From: Geosiphon pyriformis uo1
Lineage: Eukaryota > Fungi > Glomeromycota
Direction of reading: 5' to 3'
Assembly (NCBI GenBank): GCA_016748015.1
Contig: JAAOMT010000436.1
Location: 1,634,828-1,698,827, forward strand
Length of the DNA stretch: 64,000 nt
The first letter of the stretch is position 1; every line of letters starts with the position of its first letter. Position numbers and translations under genes: made by a program. Below are positions 53,170 to 64,000 of this stretch, piece after piece. The notes under the pieces are model-generated. The model saw only the letters and a program-made list of their open reading frames with translations, did no database searches and was not told the DNA's origin.

Positions 53170-54831
53170 ATGATGAATTGAAAAAAATACATTAAAAAAA
53201 TACCACTTTTGTCAATAAGATTCTAATATTATGGTGAAATGTTTATTTCTCAAATAATATTTTTTAGTTTCATTGAGTCAATGTTTTAAATATTCATCAC
53301 GATATGCCTTTCTTCTTTGAAACTTACAAAGTTTTTATGTAACAATTATTAGGATTAAAACTTTGAAATTAACTATCCCGCATATGCTAAAAAATTAAAA
53401 ATTTTCATTTATACCTTTGTGTTACATCTCAGCTATTAAATTGTATATAACTACTTTGAAAAAGTTTATATTTTAGTTTACAAAAAAAGTTATATAAAAT
53501 AAAAATCATTAAAGAAATATAGATTTTCATTGTGAGATTGATTACTAAAGAGTGCTAATTTACGATTTATGTTAGTATCAATTATAAATATATGGTAAAT
53601 CACAATTCTCTTGAATATATTATCTCTGTTTAAAAACATTTATCTTATATAAGCTACAAGATACAATTTTAAATTTGTCCACTTTTTTTTATCATTTTCA
53701 ACACTGTGTTTTTCTGAACTTTTTTGAATGGTGGTAAAAGTTTTAAAAGAAAAGTAAACAATTATAAATAATATTTTTTAATTGAATTTATTATTAGTAT
53801 ATTTTTTATTTCAATACTTTAAAATTTTTTAATTAAATTAAAATTTAAACTACATAATATAATCATTATAACATAATAAAAAATTAAAAAAAAAAATTAT
53901 TATACACATTATTAAAAATACATTTTAAATTAAGAATTTTCTAAAATATTTATTAATATCAATATTTTCTAATTATATAATAATAAAAATAGTTATTTTA
54001 AATTGTTTTATCAAATATAAAACAATTATAAATTTTTGAAACTTGTTTTCAATATTATAATTAATTAAAATTTCTAATTATTTTTGAAATATATATAAAT
54101 TAGTTCTCATTTTTTTATTAATGTTTAATTCATTTTGTATAATTAAATAAATATTATTTTCCAAACTATTTTTTGTTAAATGTTGTTTTAAACTTAAATT
54201 TTAAAATTCTGTATTTAGCATTGTTCCTAATTAAAATAACACACTAACAAATACCCGAAAAATAAATTCAGACAATATAAATTTAATTAAAAAAATCTTT
54301 GCAAAAAAAAAAAAATTAAATCTGTAAAAAAATTCAGGATAATAATCAGGTTAATGATTGAGTTAAAAATCAAATTATTAATTAGATTAATGATTAAGTC
54401 AACAACTAATTCTAAAGATAGAATAGCTAAGTATGTAACGTTAACAGCTAATACATAATTCCGATAATTAAAATTAATTATTATGTATAGAAAATGTAAT
54501 AATTTTCAACTGTAACAATATAGTAATTCAATAGCTAACAGAGTTAAAAATTGTTAATTTACAAGTTGAATTTAAAAGTTAGCATATATAATTATTACTT
54601 TATAAATCAAAAAAATCTGAAATAACATGGTTTTGGATTTTGTGATAAAAATTATGAATATCATAATATAAAATAAAAAACTATGCCAATTTTTAATGTA
54701 AAAACATGATAATGATGAATATCAGAATTTTTCCCTTGTTATTGATTAGTTTTAGGGCAAATTGTACGGGCACTTTATTATTTGCTGAACATAACGGTAT
54801 TTCGAGTAATATCGATTTCAATATATTTCCC

Positions 54832-55584
54832 TCAACCATAATATTCTTTACAATCACCCATTGTAACACCGAAATAAGGGCCATTATGGAAGAGGTCATC
54901 TGAAACCTCTGTGATTGATTGTCCTGCATTGCACTCCTAAGAGAAAATATATTTAGCTTTCATTCGTTAAACTATTCAAAAAATATATGTAGTTAGAAGT
55001 AAAGGCAAACCATATTCGTTTCATATGTTCGTTCCTCTGGATTCGATATATTATTACAATCCCAGTAAAAATAGGGATCTTCGGGACATTCACAATTTTC
55101 AGATGGCTGAAGCCAGATTTCAACACCAGAATGTTTCCAATTCATAGAATCATCAGGAAAGTGCGGGACGTGATCATTTCCGTGAGTAACACGCAGATGT
55201 GTAGTTATTTGATCTATTAATGTACTAAGCTTGTTGTTTCCAATTTTTGGAGCTCCAAAAGTTAAAATCATTGAACGTATTTTATCAAGACCTATCCCAG
55301 GCCAAAGATTTTTTTGCCAAACTCTAGATTGTTCAAATTTCCATAGAAGGCCAGTGATTAAGGCGTATGCTGTTTTTGAAAAAAATCAAATATTTGTAAT
55401 TTAAAATTTACTTTTAGACTGAAGAGCAGAAACACAGTATTTATCAACCTCCACCAATTCCATGTCCGATGAAATAAATTGATTTAATGTTGGAGTGTAG
55501 ACGCAGATTATTTCGAATATCTTGCATTAAATGGAAAAATATGGATTCTATATCCTGCAACAACTGCTGATTAACATGAACAGA
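54832..55584 (-). CDS. Lipase class 3-like protein, Ser-less (copy 10); 5' part lies in an assembly gap
   Basis: Near-identical to copy 8. FIGHGIGG|AY, TFGAPKIGN, NDHVP, CEC; last exon 54936-54832. Confidence 0.82.
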
Positions 55585-56428
55585 NNNNNNNNNNNNNNNN
55601 NNNNNNNNNNNNNNNNNNNNNNNNNNNNNNNNNNNNNNNNNNNNNNNNNNNNNNNNNNNNNNNNNNNNNNNNNNNNNNNNNNNNNNNNNNNNNNNNNNNN
55701 NNNNNNNNNNNNNNNNNNNNNNNNNNNNNNNNNNNNNNNNNNNNNNNNNNNNNNNNNNNNNNNNNNNNNNNNNNNNNNNNNNNNNNNNNNNNNNNNNNNN
55801 NNNNNNNNNNNNNNNNNNNNNNNNNNNNNNNNNNNNNNNNNNNNNNNNNNNNNNNNNNNNNNNNNNNNNNNNNNNNNNNNNNNNNNNNNNNNNNNNNNNN
55901 NNNNNNNNNNNNNNNNNNNNNNNNNNNNNNNNNNNNNNNNNNNNNNNNNNNNNNNNNNNNNNNNNNNNNNNNNNNNNNNNNNNNNNNNNNNNNNNNNNNN
56001 NNNNNNNNNNNNNNNNNNNNNNNNNNNNNNNNNNNNNNNNNNNNNNNNNNNNNNNNNNNNNNNNNNNNNNNNNNNNNNNNNNNNNNNNNNNNNNNNNNNN
56101 NNNNNNNNNNNNNNNNNNNNNNNNNNNNNNNNNNNNNNNNNNNNNNNNNNNNNNNNNNNNNNNNNNNNNNNNNNNNNNNNNNNNNNNNNNNNNNNNNNNN
56201 NNNNNNNNNNNNNNNNNNNNNNNNNNNNNNNNNNNNNNNNNNNNNNNNNNNNNNNNNNNNNNNNNNNNNNNNNNNNNNNNNNNNNNNNNNNNNNNNNNNN
56301 NNNNNNNNNNNNNNNNNNNNNNNNNNNNNNNNNNNNNNNNNNNNNNNNNNNNNNNNNNNNNNNNNNNNNNNNNNNNNNNNNNNNNNNNNNNNNNNNNNNN
56401 NNNNNNNNNNNNNNNNNNNNNNNNNNNN
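55585..56428. other. Assembly gap
   Basis: Run of N. Confidence 0.99.
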
Positions 56429-58477
56429 TTAAACTATAATAATTAATTGTTAAGATTATTAATATTAAAGACTCTTGGAATAATTTTCGGTATAAGAAAA
56501 AATTTAATAGCCCATTTCTACATAACAATATCAAATAAAAAATTTTGGTTTGTTTTTAAACATATTTTTATAATTTACAATTTTTATTTACTTTTATAAA
56601 TTATGAAAAATGCGAAATTTCTTTATTTAAAATTAAAAATTAATTTTTTTTAGCCTTTAGAAGTTAATTAGTATATTTTAAAGAGAAGGCTTAATTATAA
56701 ACCAAAGTTTAAGCGAATAATTTGAGATTATATCTATGGAAATGATTTATAATAGCTTTAATTTTATAATAAAATTTTCTAAGTTAGATATCTGCCAATA
56801 CCAACTTTATAACTTTAAAAGTTTAAAGGTACAATATTATAAAAATAAAAACAAGAATACTCGATAACTGTATAAAATAATTAATTAATTTGATCACACT
56901 AAATTTTGCTAAGATTGTATGTTGCAAAAAGCCTAAAAGCTTTTTTGTATTAATTTTTTTGGGCAAAAATAAGTTCAAAAAAATCTATTATTAAAAATAT
57001 TTATTTAAATTTGAAAGATTTAGATTTTTAACATAAAAGATTAAATTAATATACATATTTATTTAATGTATTTGTTCTATCCCAAATTTAATATCTCAGT
57101 TTTCACATTATAAATTATTACAAAAAAGAAAAACAGACTTTATTTCTATTTCAAATTAATTTTTTAACAAAATAATAATTAATTATAATAAACTATTTTC
57201 AAAATTTTAATTAATTTAAAATATATATTTTTTTTAATGAATTTTTGCCATTTTTAAAAATCAGTTTACTTAAAAATATAAATGTTAAATTTGTTTTAGG
57301 ATACAATCAAATGAATTTAATAAAATTTTGACTTTTGAAAAACGTGATATTAGAAATTGAAATTCTATAAAAGGAAATTATACAAAAAACCAGTGGTCTA
57401 AATTTAGACGTACTTAAAATGGTACATGTACTAATCTGTGAAACATTAAATGTAACCTTGAATTGTGATAAAGCAGGTTATCTCTGTAGTAAATATAGTA
57501 ACTTTCGTCAACTCTCCCCTGTGTGCGAGTTGAGAGCTTCATGATTTGTCAGAATAGTTATAGCTTTTTTGTGAACACACAAAGAGCAGGAAAAGTAAAC
57601 AAGCTTTATTCATTAAATATATTCGCGTTAAATGAGAAATAAACTCGGTATTAATTATTCATTTTTATGATAGTAAAATGATCAAATAAAATAGTAACAA
57701 TTAAAAAAATATTGTTTAACAGTTTTTTCGTTGAATGGGAAAACTCGTTTTATAGAACAAAGAATGGTGAACTCAAAATTAATCAATGTTTTAAATTAAA
57801 GGGTTGCATAAAATTTATTTTCTCAAACGCTTTATATTTTAGATTTTCATTCAATCGGATGGGAATATATATAACAGTTCGTGCATTTGATTTCTTATTT
57901 CTTATAATTGAACCAAAATAATCTCTTTTTTACTTAATTAATTGGATATTTAATAAAAATATCTGGTAGGGATTTAGTTAAAATGTTTTCTTTTCAATGA
58001 AACAGTATCAATCAATTTTTTATAATAATTTTTTTCTTGGATTATAGAGTTAACTAAAAATAAAAATATTTTCCTTTGAAAACTATTTTAATGTTACTCT
58101 TATATTAAAATACAAAATTTACTAAATTTTTTCCTTGTAAATATTTCTTTGATTTAATCTACTTGATAAATATTAATTTTATTACAAAAAATATTACAAT
58201 ATTTTTAAAATTTAATTAAACATATCTAATATATTATAATATCCTATCATTTATACAAAAATTTATTTTGATTTATAATCTTTTGATAAAAAATCTAAAA
58301 TATATATTAAAAAAAAAAGAAAATGTTTAATTAATATTTCAAATTTCCACTTTTTATTCCTTTTATTATACCAATAATAGACAATTTAGTATACAATGAT
58401 AAAATACCAATTTCTAAATAAAAACTTTTAATAAAAAGTAGATTAGTATAAAAAACAATGATATTGAAAGCAAACAA

Positions 58478-58543
58478 AACTAGTAATTTTTATTTCATGA
58501 TATCAAACAGAACTAGTAATTTTTATTTCATGATATCAATCAG
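58478..58543. repeat. ~33-bp tandem duplication (AACTAGTAATTTTTATTTCATGATATCAA[A/T]CAG) x2
   Basis: Read directly. Confidence 0.7.
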
Positions 58544-59081
58544 ATCATGAATATGAAGCTATGTGGAACAGAACAATATATAAAAGGATCAAGAAACGAA
58601 GTGAACGAACGGGGAAAAGGCTTACTAAAGTGAAGATAGTTTCTCATAATGATTGATTGTTTTATAGAAAGTATCATGTGATTGAAAATTTATACATGTA
58701 TATAAGTGATGATACTAGATACATGTAGATCACTTAAATGTGAATGTTATATTTACTTAATTGAAATGATGATGATGATGATGGTGATGATGAATTTAAT
58801 ATAGTTACATGTTTTTACTGATGTTTTTAAATTTCGAAAAAATATTAAAAAAACGTTTCTCTTATCTCGATCTTTGCGAGAGTTCAAAGAAACTTGATGC
58901 GACTGTGGCATAGGCGGATTCTCAAAATCTGCTTTGTGTCACAGCAAAGAAAAAACTATTTTTACAATAAATAATGATACATTTATCAACCGATAATAGT
59001 ATGTGACTGTTTTCTCTAATCTATCGCTAACATGTCCAATACTAATTATCAAAGGAAAATTTTTTCAGGTCCAAGAGACTT

Positions 59082-60128
59082 TTATACTTCATCAACAATT
59101 TTCCATCTCTTAACTTCTCGCCATGCATGACGATCTTCCAAAGTGCTACACGATTTTAAATTCTCAAAAACCACCAGATCCCATCCAGCTCTCATTGGAT
59201 CTTCAGGGTCATTATCTTTAACTTCATCAAACACAATCTCATCTCTGGCCATCTTTAATAAATTTTGCATAGCTTCACCAGTCAATCGTTCTCTTACTCC
59301 TTCATCGCTCGCATATCGATTACCACAATATGCCAAAGAGATATGATTGATACTCTTTTTTCGAATATTTGTCTGTAAATCCTTGTTTGATGATTGAAAT
59401 CTGGGATCATTTTTGGGAATAGATGAGATGTATGTTGCGATATCGTGCAAGGTTTGGCAAGCTTCTAATGGTATCAAGAGACTTTGTAATGAATCAGAGG
59501 ATGAAGATGATCGCGAGGACTCTGATGATAGAGACGATGAACGACGATGAATCTTGTATTGTTCACGTTTTTGGAAGAGTGGTGATTGTAATGAGGTAAA
59601 GCTAGCAGTTGATGATCCTGATGATGAACAGGATAGAGCAGGCGATGCAGGTCTTGATGAAGATCGAGATGAAACAGCTGATGAAGGGTAGTGTGTAGAA
59701 CTTTCCGGAGTGCTTAAAAGAATTCCTTCGACACGGGGTGGTGTAATGTCTTGACCATGTTCACCAAGAAAAGTATCAATTTCTTCAACTAAAACATCCA
59801 ACTTTTCTTGAGCGGTCAACAGTGGTCGATTGACAGATAATTTTACATTACCAATATTTTCATCAGAGTTATCACCGCTAATGTTTTTGTCAACATCCAA
59901 GTTTACTATTTGGGGTTCATCCTCGTAATCATTGTAAAGATTAAAGAATCCAGTCATAGCGACGTGTGGATGATATTGATGTGCTTCATTGGGACCAAAG
60001 AGCTTATAAGTTTGAGCGAAAAATCTATCGATGCTTTGATAAAATCTAGAATCGGCTGACGGTTCGAGGTAAACGACACATCGAATTTTTTTGGAATCAG
60101 CAGGTTTTTGAAAGGATGGGTAAGACAT
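59082..60128 (-). CDS. 2H-phosphoesterase-like protein with Ser-rich insertion
   Basis: Intronless 348-aa ORF with two His motifs, NEAHQYHPHVAMTGFF and INHISLAY. The first resembles the 2H domain of UBASH3/Sts-type proteins. Confidence 0.7.
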   Translation of the reverse strand: MSYPSFQKPADSKKIRCVVYLEPSADSRFYQSIDRFFAQTYKLFGPNEAHQYHPHVAMTGFFNLYNDYEDEPQIVNLDVDKNISGDNSDENIGNVKLSVNRPLLTAQEKLDVLVEEIDTFLGEHGQDITPPRVEGILLSTPESSTHYPSSAVSSRSSSRPASPALSCSSSGSSTASFTSLQSPLFQKREQYKIHRRSSSLSSESSRSSSSSDSLQSLLIPLEACQTLHDIATYISSIPKNDPRFQSSNKDLQTNIRKKSINHISLAYCGNRYASDEGVRERLTGEAMQNLLKMARDEIVFDEVKDNDPEDPMRAGWDLVVFENLKSCSTLEDRHAWREVKRWKIVDEV

Positions 60129-61142
60129 CTGAACAAGATTCTAGACCCGAGAAGGTAAACTGAGATTTTTCGAGAAAACTGAATGTGAATCCTTACAATA
60201 GAGATGAAATAGCTTTCAGGGAAAATTTTCTAAACTATTGACTTTAAAGATTTTGTTTCAACGACGAGTTTATTCCAAGATAAAAGACTCTCAAGAACTG
60301 TTAAAAAAAATTTTGTAGTTTGTATTTGATAGGTTCCTGAAACTGAAAAAAGTTTTGTCAGACGCGAAATTAAGTGTTTGAGAAACTTTGGTAACAGGTA
60401 TACGACATAAGACAGGTGGTGGTCAGTTAAGCAAAAAAAAAAACTATTTATCACTTTAGCAGCAGCAGAGAAAAAAAGGATACAATTGGATACAAGAGAA
60501 AAGTGAGGAGGAAAAAAGTACGTAGAAGCAAGTAGAAGCAAAATTGAAAACAAAGTTTGAGGGGTTTTTGTAGATAATTGTGATTACTGCTGGTGTCGCA
60601 AAAAAGCAAAAAGTACGCCAGAGTTCTAAACAAAGTAGGCAGCTTACTATCTTTGATACATCTCTTTTAATTACTTTTTGAATACATCGCAGCAAAGAAT
60701 GATTTGTCGTCATTGTAGCAAAGACATGAAATTTGAAAACATTTCATTGTAAAAAAATGTGATTATTAAAAGAAGTTAAATATCAGGACTTGTCATTTGA
60801 GAAACATTTCTGTCGACCTGCAGATTTGCTTGCAGGTCATTGTTCCCATTGCAGGATCACATTGTCCGACAGTCACCTTGAAATTCCTTATTTAGCATTG
60901 ATATGATACAACAGATTAATTAACAGGGTTGTTTTTGATTAATGAAGCACCAAATGAACTGTTGGAAACATTTTTAAAGAGTTAAATTAATAATAATGAT
61001 AATATGTTATTTTGATAGTATTATTATTATTTTGACGAATGGTTTTTTTTTTTTTTTTGAAAATATATTTTTCCTTAGTTAACTAATAATGATGATATTA
61101 ACTATAAAATTGGTGAAAATAAGGTCAAATTACAATATAATT

Positions 61143-61183
<41 letters not shown>

Positions 61184-62010
61184 NNNNNNNNNNNNNNNNN
61201 NNNNNNNNNNNNNNNNNNNNNNNNNNNNNNNNNNNNNNNNNNNNNNNNNNNNNNNNNNNNNNNNNNNNNNNNNNNNNNNNNNNNNNNNNNNNNNNNNNNN
61301 NNNNNNNNNNNNNNNNNNNNNNNNNNNNNNNNNNNNNNNNNNNNNNNNNNNNNNNNNNNNNNNNNNNNNNNNNNNNNNNNNNNNNNNNNNNNNNNNNNNN
61401 NNNNNNNNNNNNNNNNNNNNNNNNNNNNNNNNNNNNNNNNNNNNNNNNNNNNNNNNNNNNNNNNNNNNNNNNNNNNNNNNNNNNNNNNNNNNNNNNNNNN
61501 NNNNNNNNNNNNNNNNNNNNNNNNNNNNNNNNNNNNNNNNNNNNNNNNNNNNNNNNNNNNNNNNNNNNNNNNNNNNNNNNNNNNNNNNNNNNNNNNNNNN
61601 NNNNNNNNNNNNNNNNNNNNNNNNNNNNNNNNNNNNNNNNNNNNNNNNNNNNNNNNNNNNNNNNNNNNNNNNNNNNNNNNNNNNNNNNNNNNNNNNNNNN
61701 NNNNNNNNNNNNNNNNNNNNNNNNNNNNNNNNNNNNNNNNNNNNNNNNNNNNNNNNNNNNNNNNNNNNNNNNNNNNNNNNNNNNNNNNNNNNNNNNNNNN
61801 NNNNNNNNNNNNNNNNNNNNNNNNNNNNNNNNNNNNNNNNNNNNNNNNNNNNNNNNNNNNNNNNNNNNNNNNNNNNNNNNNNNNNNNNNNNNNNNNNNNN
61901 NNNNNNNNNNNNNNNNNNNNNNNNNNNNNNNNNNNNNNNNNNNNNNNNNNNNNNNNNNNNNNNNNNNNNNNNNNNNNNNNNNNNNNNNNNNNNNNNNNNN
62001 NNNNNNNNNN
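61184..62010. other. Assembly gap preceded by poly-T
   Basis: Run of N after ~39 T. Confidence 0.99.
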
Positions 62011-63554
62011 TTTAAATTTTTAAGTGTTATAATAAGATTATTGAAACTCAATTCACTATTTTTATCAAGATCTAATGTCACTTTATCAGATTAGTCCTTT
62101 CATCCTCGGGCTGCACCGACGTAATAGTTCCTAACAAACACTCCATAGACTTTTTTAGAAAACTCCATTTAGTAATCATTATCTTAATTCTTGATTAATA
62201 AAAAGCATTTGACTGATTAGCTCTTTCTAACAATCAAAGAAAGAAAAGGAATATTTGAGGAATTGAAGTTGGATTTCATTATTATACAACTTCGTAAACT
62301 TCATCATTAAAAAGGAAATTGTGATAGAACAAAAGATTAATTCATAAATTTTCGAACTTATAAGTCAGTTATTTACTACTGCATTTTTTTCTCGAAAATA
62401 TTTTCCATTTCAAATTTTAAAAGTTTACGAATTTTCCTGAAAGATTCAAAGCTGAAGTTTATCATTGCCTTATTATTCATATTGAAATTGCATTAAATTT
62501 TCATAGCTTTAAACGAGTTAGCTACTCATATATTCTAACCCATTTCTCTTTAGTAAGTGCGTCAAGGGTACAAAAGACTAGATAACGTGATGCTATTAAT
62601 AATTTGAATGTTGGGTTTATTGATTTATTATATCTACTGGAATGAGAGGAGTTCAGAGAGTAATAGGATCATTTATAATAATTATTTATAATAATTATTA
62701 TTATTCTAAATATAATTTAATGAAAATTTTTAATTAACTATTATGAGTTAGCTAATTGACTCAAGACATAGTGTAAAACATATCTAACTAAAAGTTAATT
62801 ACAAGTTATGTATGGAATTATTTCCCTTTTCCAAAGTCAAACAATCACAAAATGACTTGGATCGTACAGTTTATTAAAACTTTGAAAAGTTTTTAACATT
62901 AAAAAAATATTAAGCCAATAATATTTATTTAATATATTTTTTGAAACTAAAAAACTAAAAAAATCTGCGAAAAAAAATTTAAAATTCAATATACTTAAAA
63001 ATTAGTTATAACCATTTTAAAAACTAAAAAATTATTTTAGTATGATGAATAAAATTAATTTAATTTAAACAAGTTTATATATTAATTTTTTATTGTCAAA
63101 CTATTGCTTGAAATTGAAAAAATAATTAAAAATAATTTATATCTTTTTGTAAAATTTTATTATATAAATGTGTCACTTCAATACTAAAGTATGGAAGATT
63201 AAAAAACCATTATAAGAAATCTTGTGAAATGAGTTTTTAATTTATTCAAATAATGAATTTTATTTGCATTTAGATTGAGTTTGTACATTCTAAAGGCTTA
63301 AACTTGTTTAATCTACTGATACCGGTTTTCAATCAAAATTCAAACTAAAAAATCATTGTATTGAAATCTCTAAAGAGAGCAAGATTTCTTCGGAATTAAG
63401 ATAATCCAAACTTCCCATTTTATATATATTCTAGTAGGGAACTTTTATTTTAAATATTTAGTCGTGTGTGTGAGATAGGGTAACTTATTATCGAAATTAC
63501 AAATTCTTAAAAATCTTTATTTATTTGGANNNNNNNNNNNNNNNNNNNNTCTTA

Positions 63555-64000
63555 CCCTTGAAAAGTTAAAAACTTTTTACATACCATTGCAAAAGACTCA
63601 GCCGGATATTTAGTCATCCTGTATTCTCTTGAAGCCCATTTGAGCAGCCTTATTGGAGGCCCACGAAATGAAATTACTAGTTTTTTATTTTCGAAATCTG
63701 GAACCGCTCGAGCTTAAAATTTCAAGTAAATAAAGTTAATGTGTTCTTTTAAAAATACAGGAAATATATATATATATATATATGAATATCTGCTGAATGC
63801 TACAATTTAAAAAAATAAAAATTAATATTGTTACCATATATACTTTTCCCAAATCTGTATTCATCGTCAAAGCAATAAGCTGATTGGGCCCACTTTGCGT
63901 ATTGTTCAAATATCTTCAAAGTAATAGACGTGTTAGGAATAATTTTTTTGGTATTAGTTTCCTGCTGAAGTACGCTGTTTGCAATTTTTAAAGATTTAGA
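63555..64000 (-). CDS. Lipase class 3-like gene, partial (copy 11); closest to copy 9
   Basis: Exons read ...FEQYAKWAQSAYCFDDEYRFGKSIY | ARAVPDFENKKLVISFRGPPIRLLKWASRE... The 5' end is beyond the window. The 3' exons are not found past the gap at 63530-63549. Confidence 0.72.

Noticed and set aside
55531-56534. 300-aa ORFs of X
   Set aside because: Artefacts of the N gap.
61089-62094. Poly-F/poly-K/X ORFs
   Set aside because: Poly-T tract plus assembly gap.
1-64000. CRISPR arrays, rRNA or tRNA genes
   Set aside because: No repeat-spacer structure or recognisable structured RNA gene seen.

Overview
Very AT-rich, intron-containing eukaryotic DNA, almost certainly fungal. The sparse genes, short GT-AG introns and gene content suggest Mucoromycota/Glomeromycotina; Geosiphon-like is my unverified guess. 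The window is dominated by an array of 11 class-3 lipase-like (Lipase_3, alpha/beta-hydrolase) genes: 6 complete and intact, 3 cut by the window edge or gaps, and 2 pseudogenes. In all ten copies where the site is visible, the catalytic Ser of GHSLGG is replaced (G, A, D or V), while the Asp/His partners, cysteines and intron positions are largely conserved. This points to an expanded family of secreted or membrane-anchored pseudo-lipases. Also present are a complete but decayed DD34E Tc1 transposon with perfect 29-bp TIRs and a degenerate Fanzor/TnpB RuvC nuclease relic followed by a candidate omegaRNA hairpin. Further features are a ~1035-aa low-complexity protein, a 2H-phosphoesterase-like gene, a small two-exon gene missed by the ORF track, two secreted-protein pseudogenes, microsatellites and three assembly gaps. 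All gene models were translated by hand and no database searches were run.
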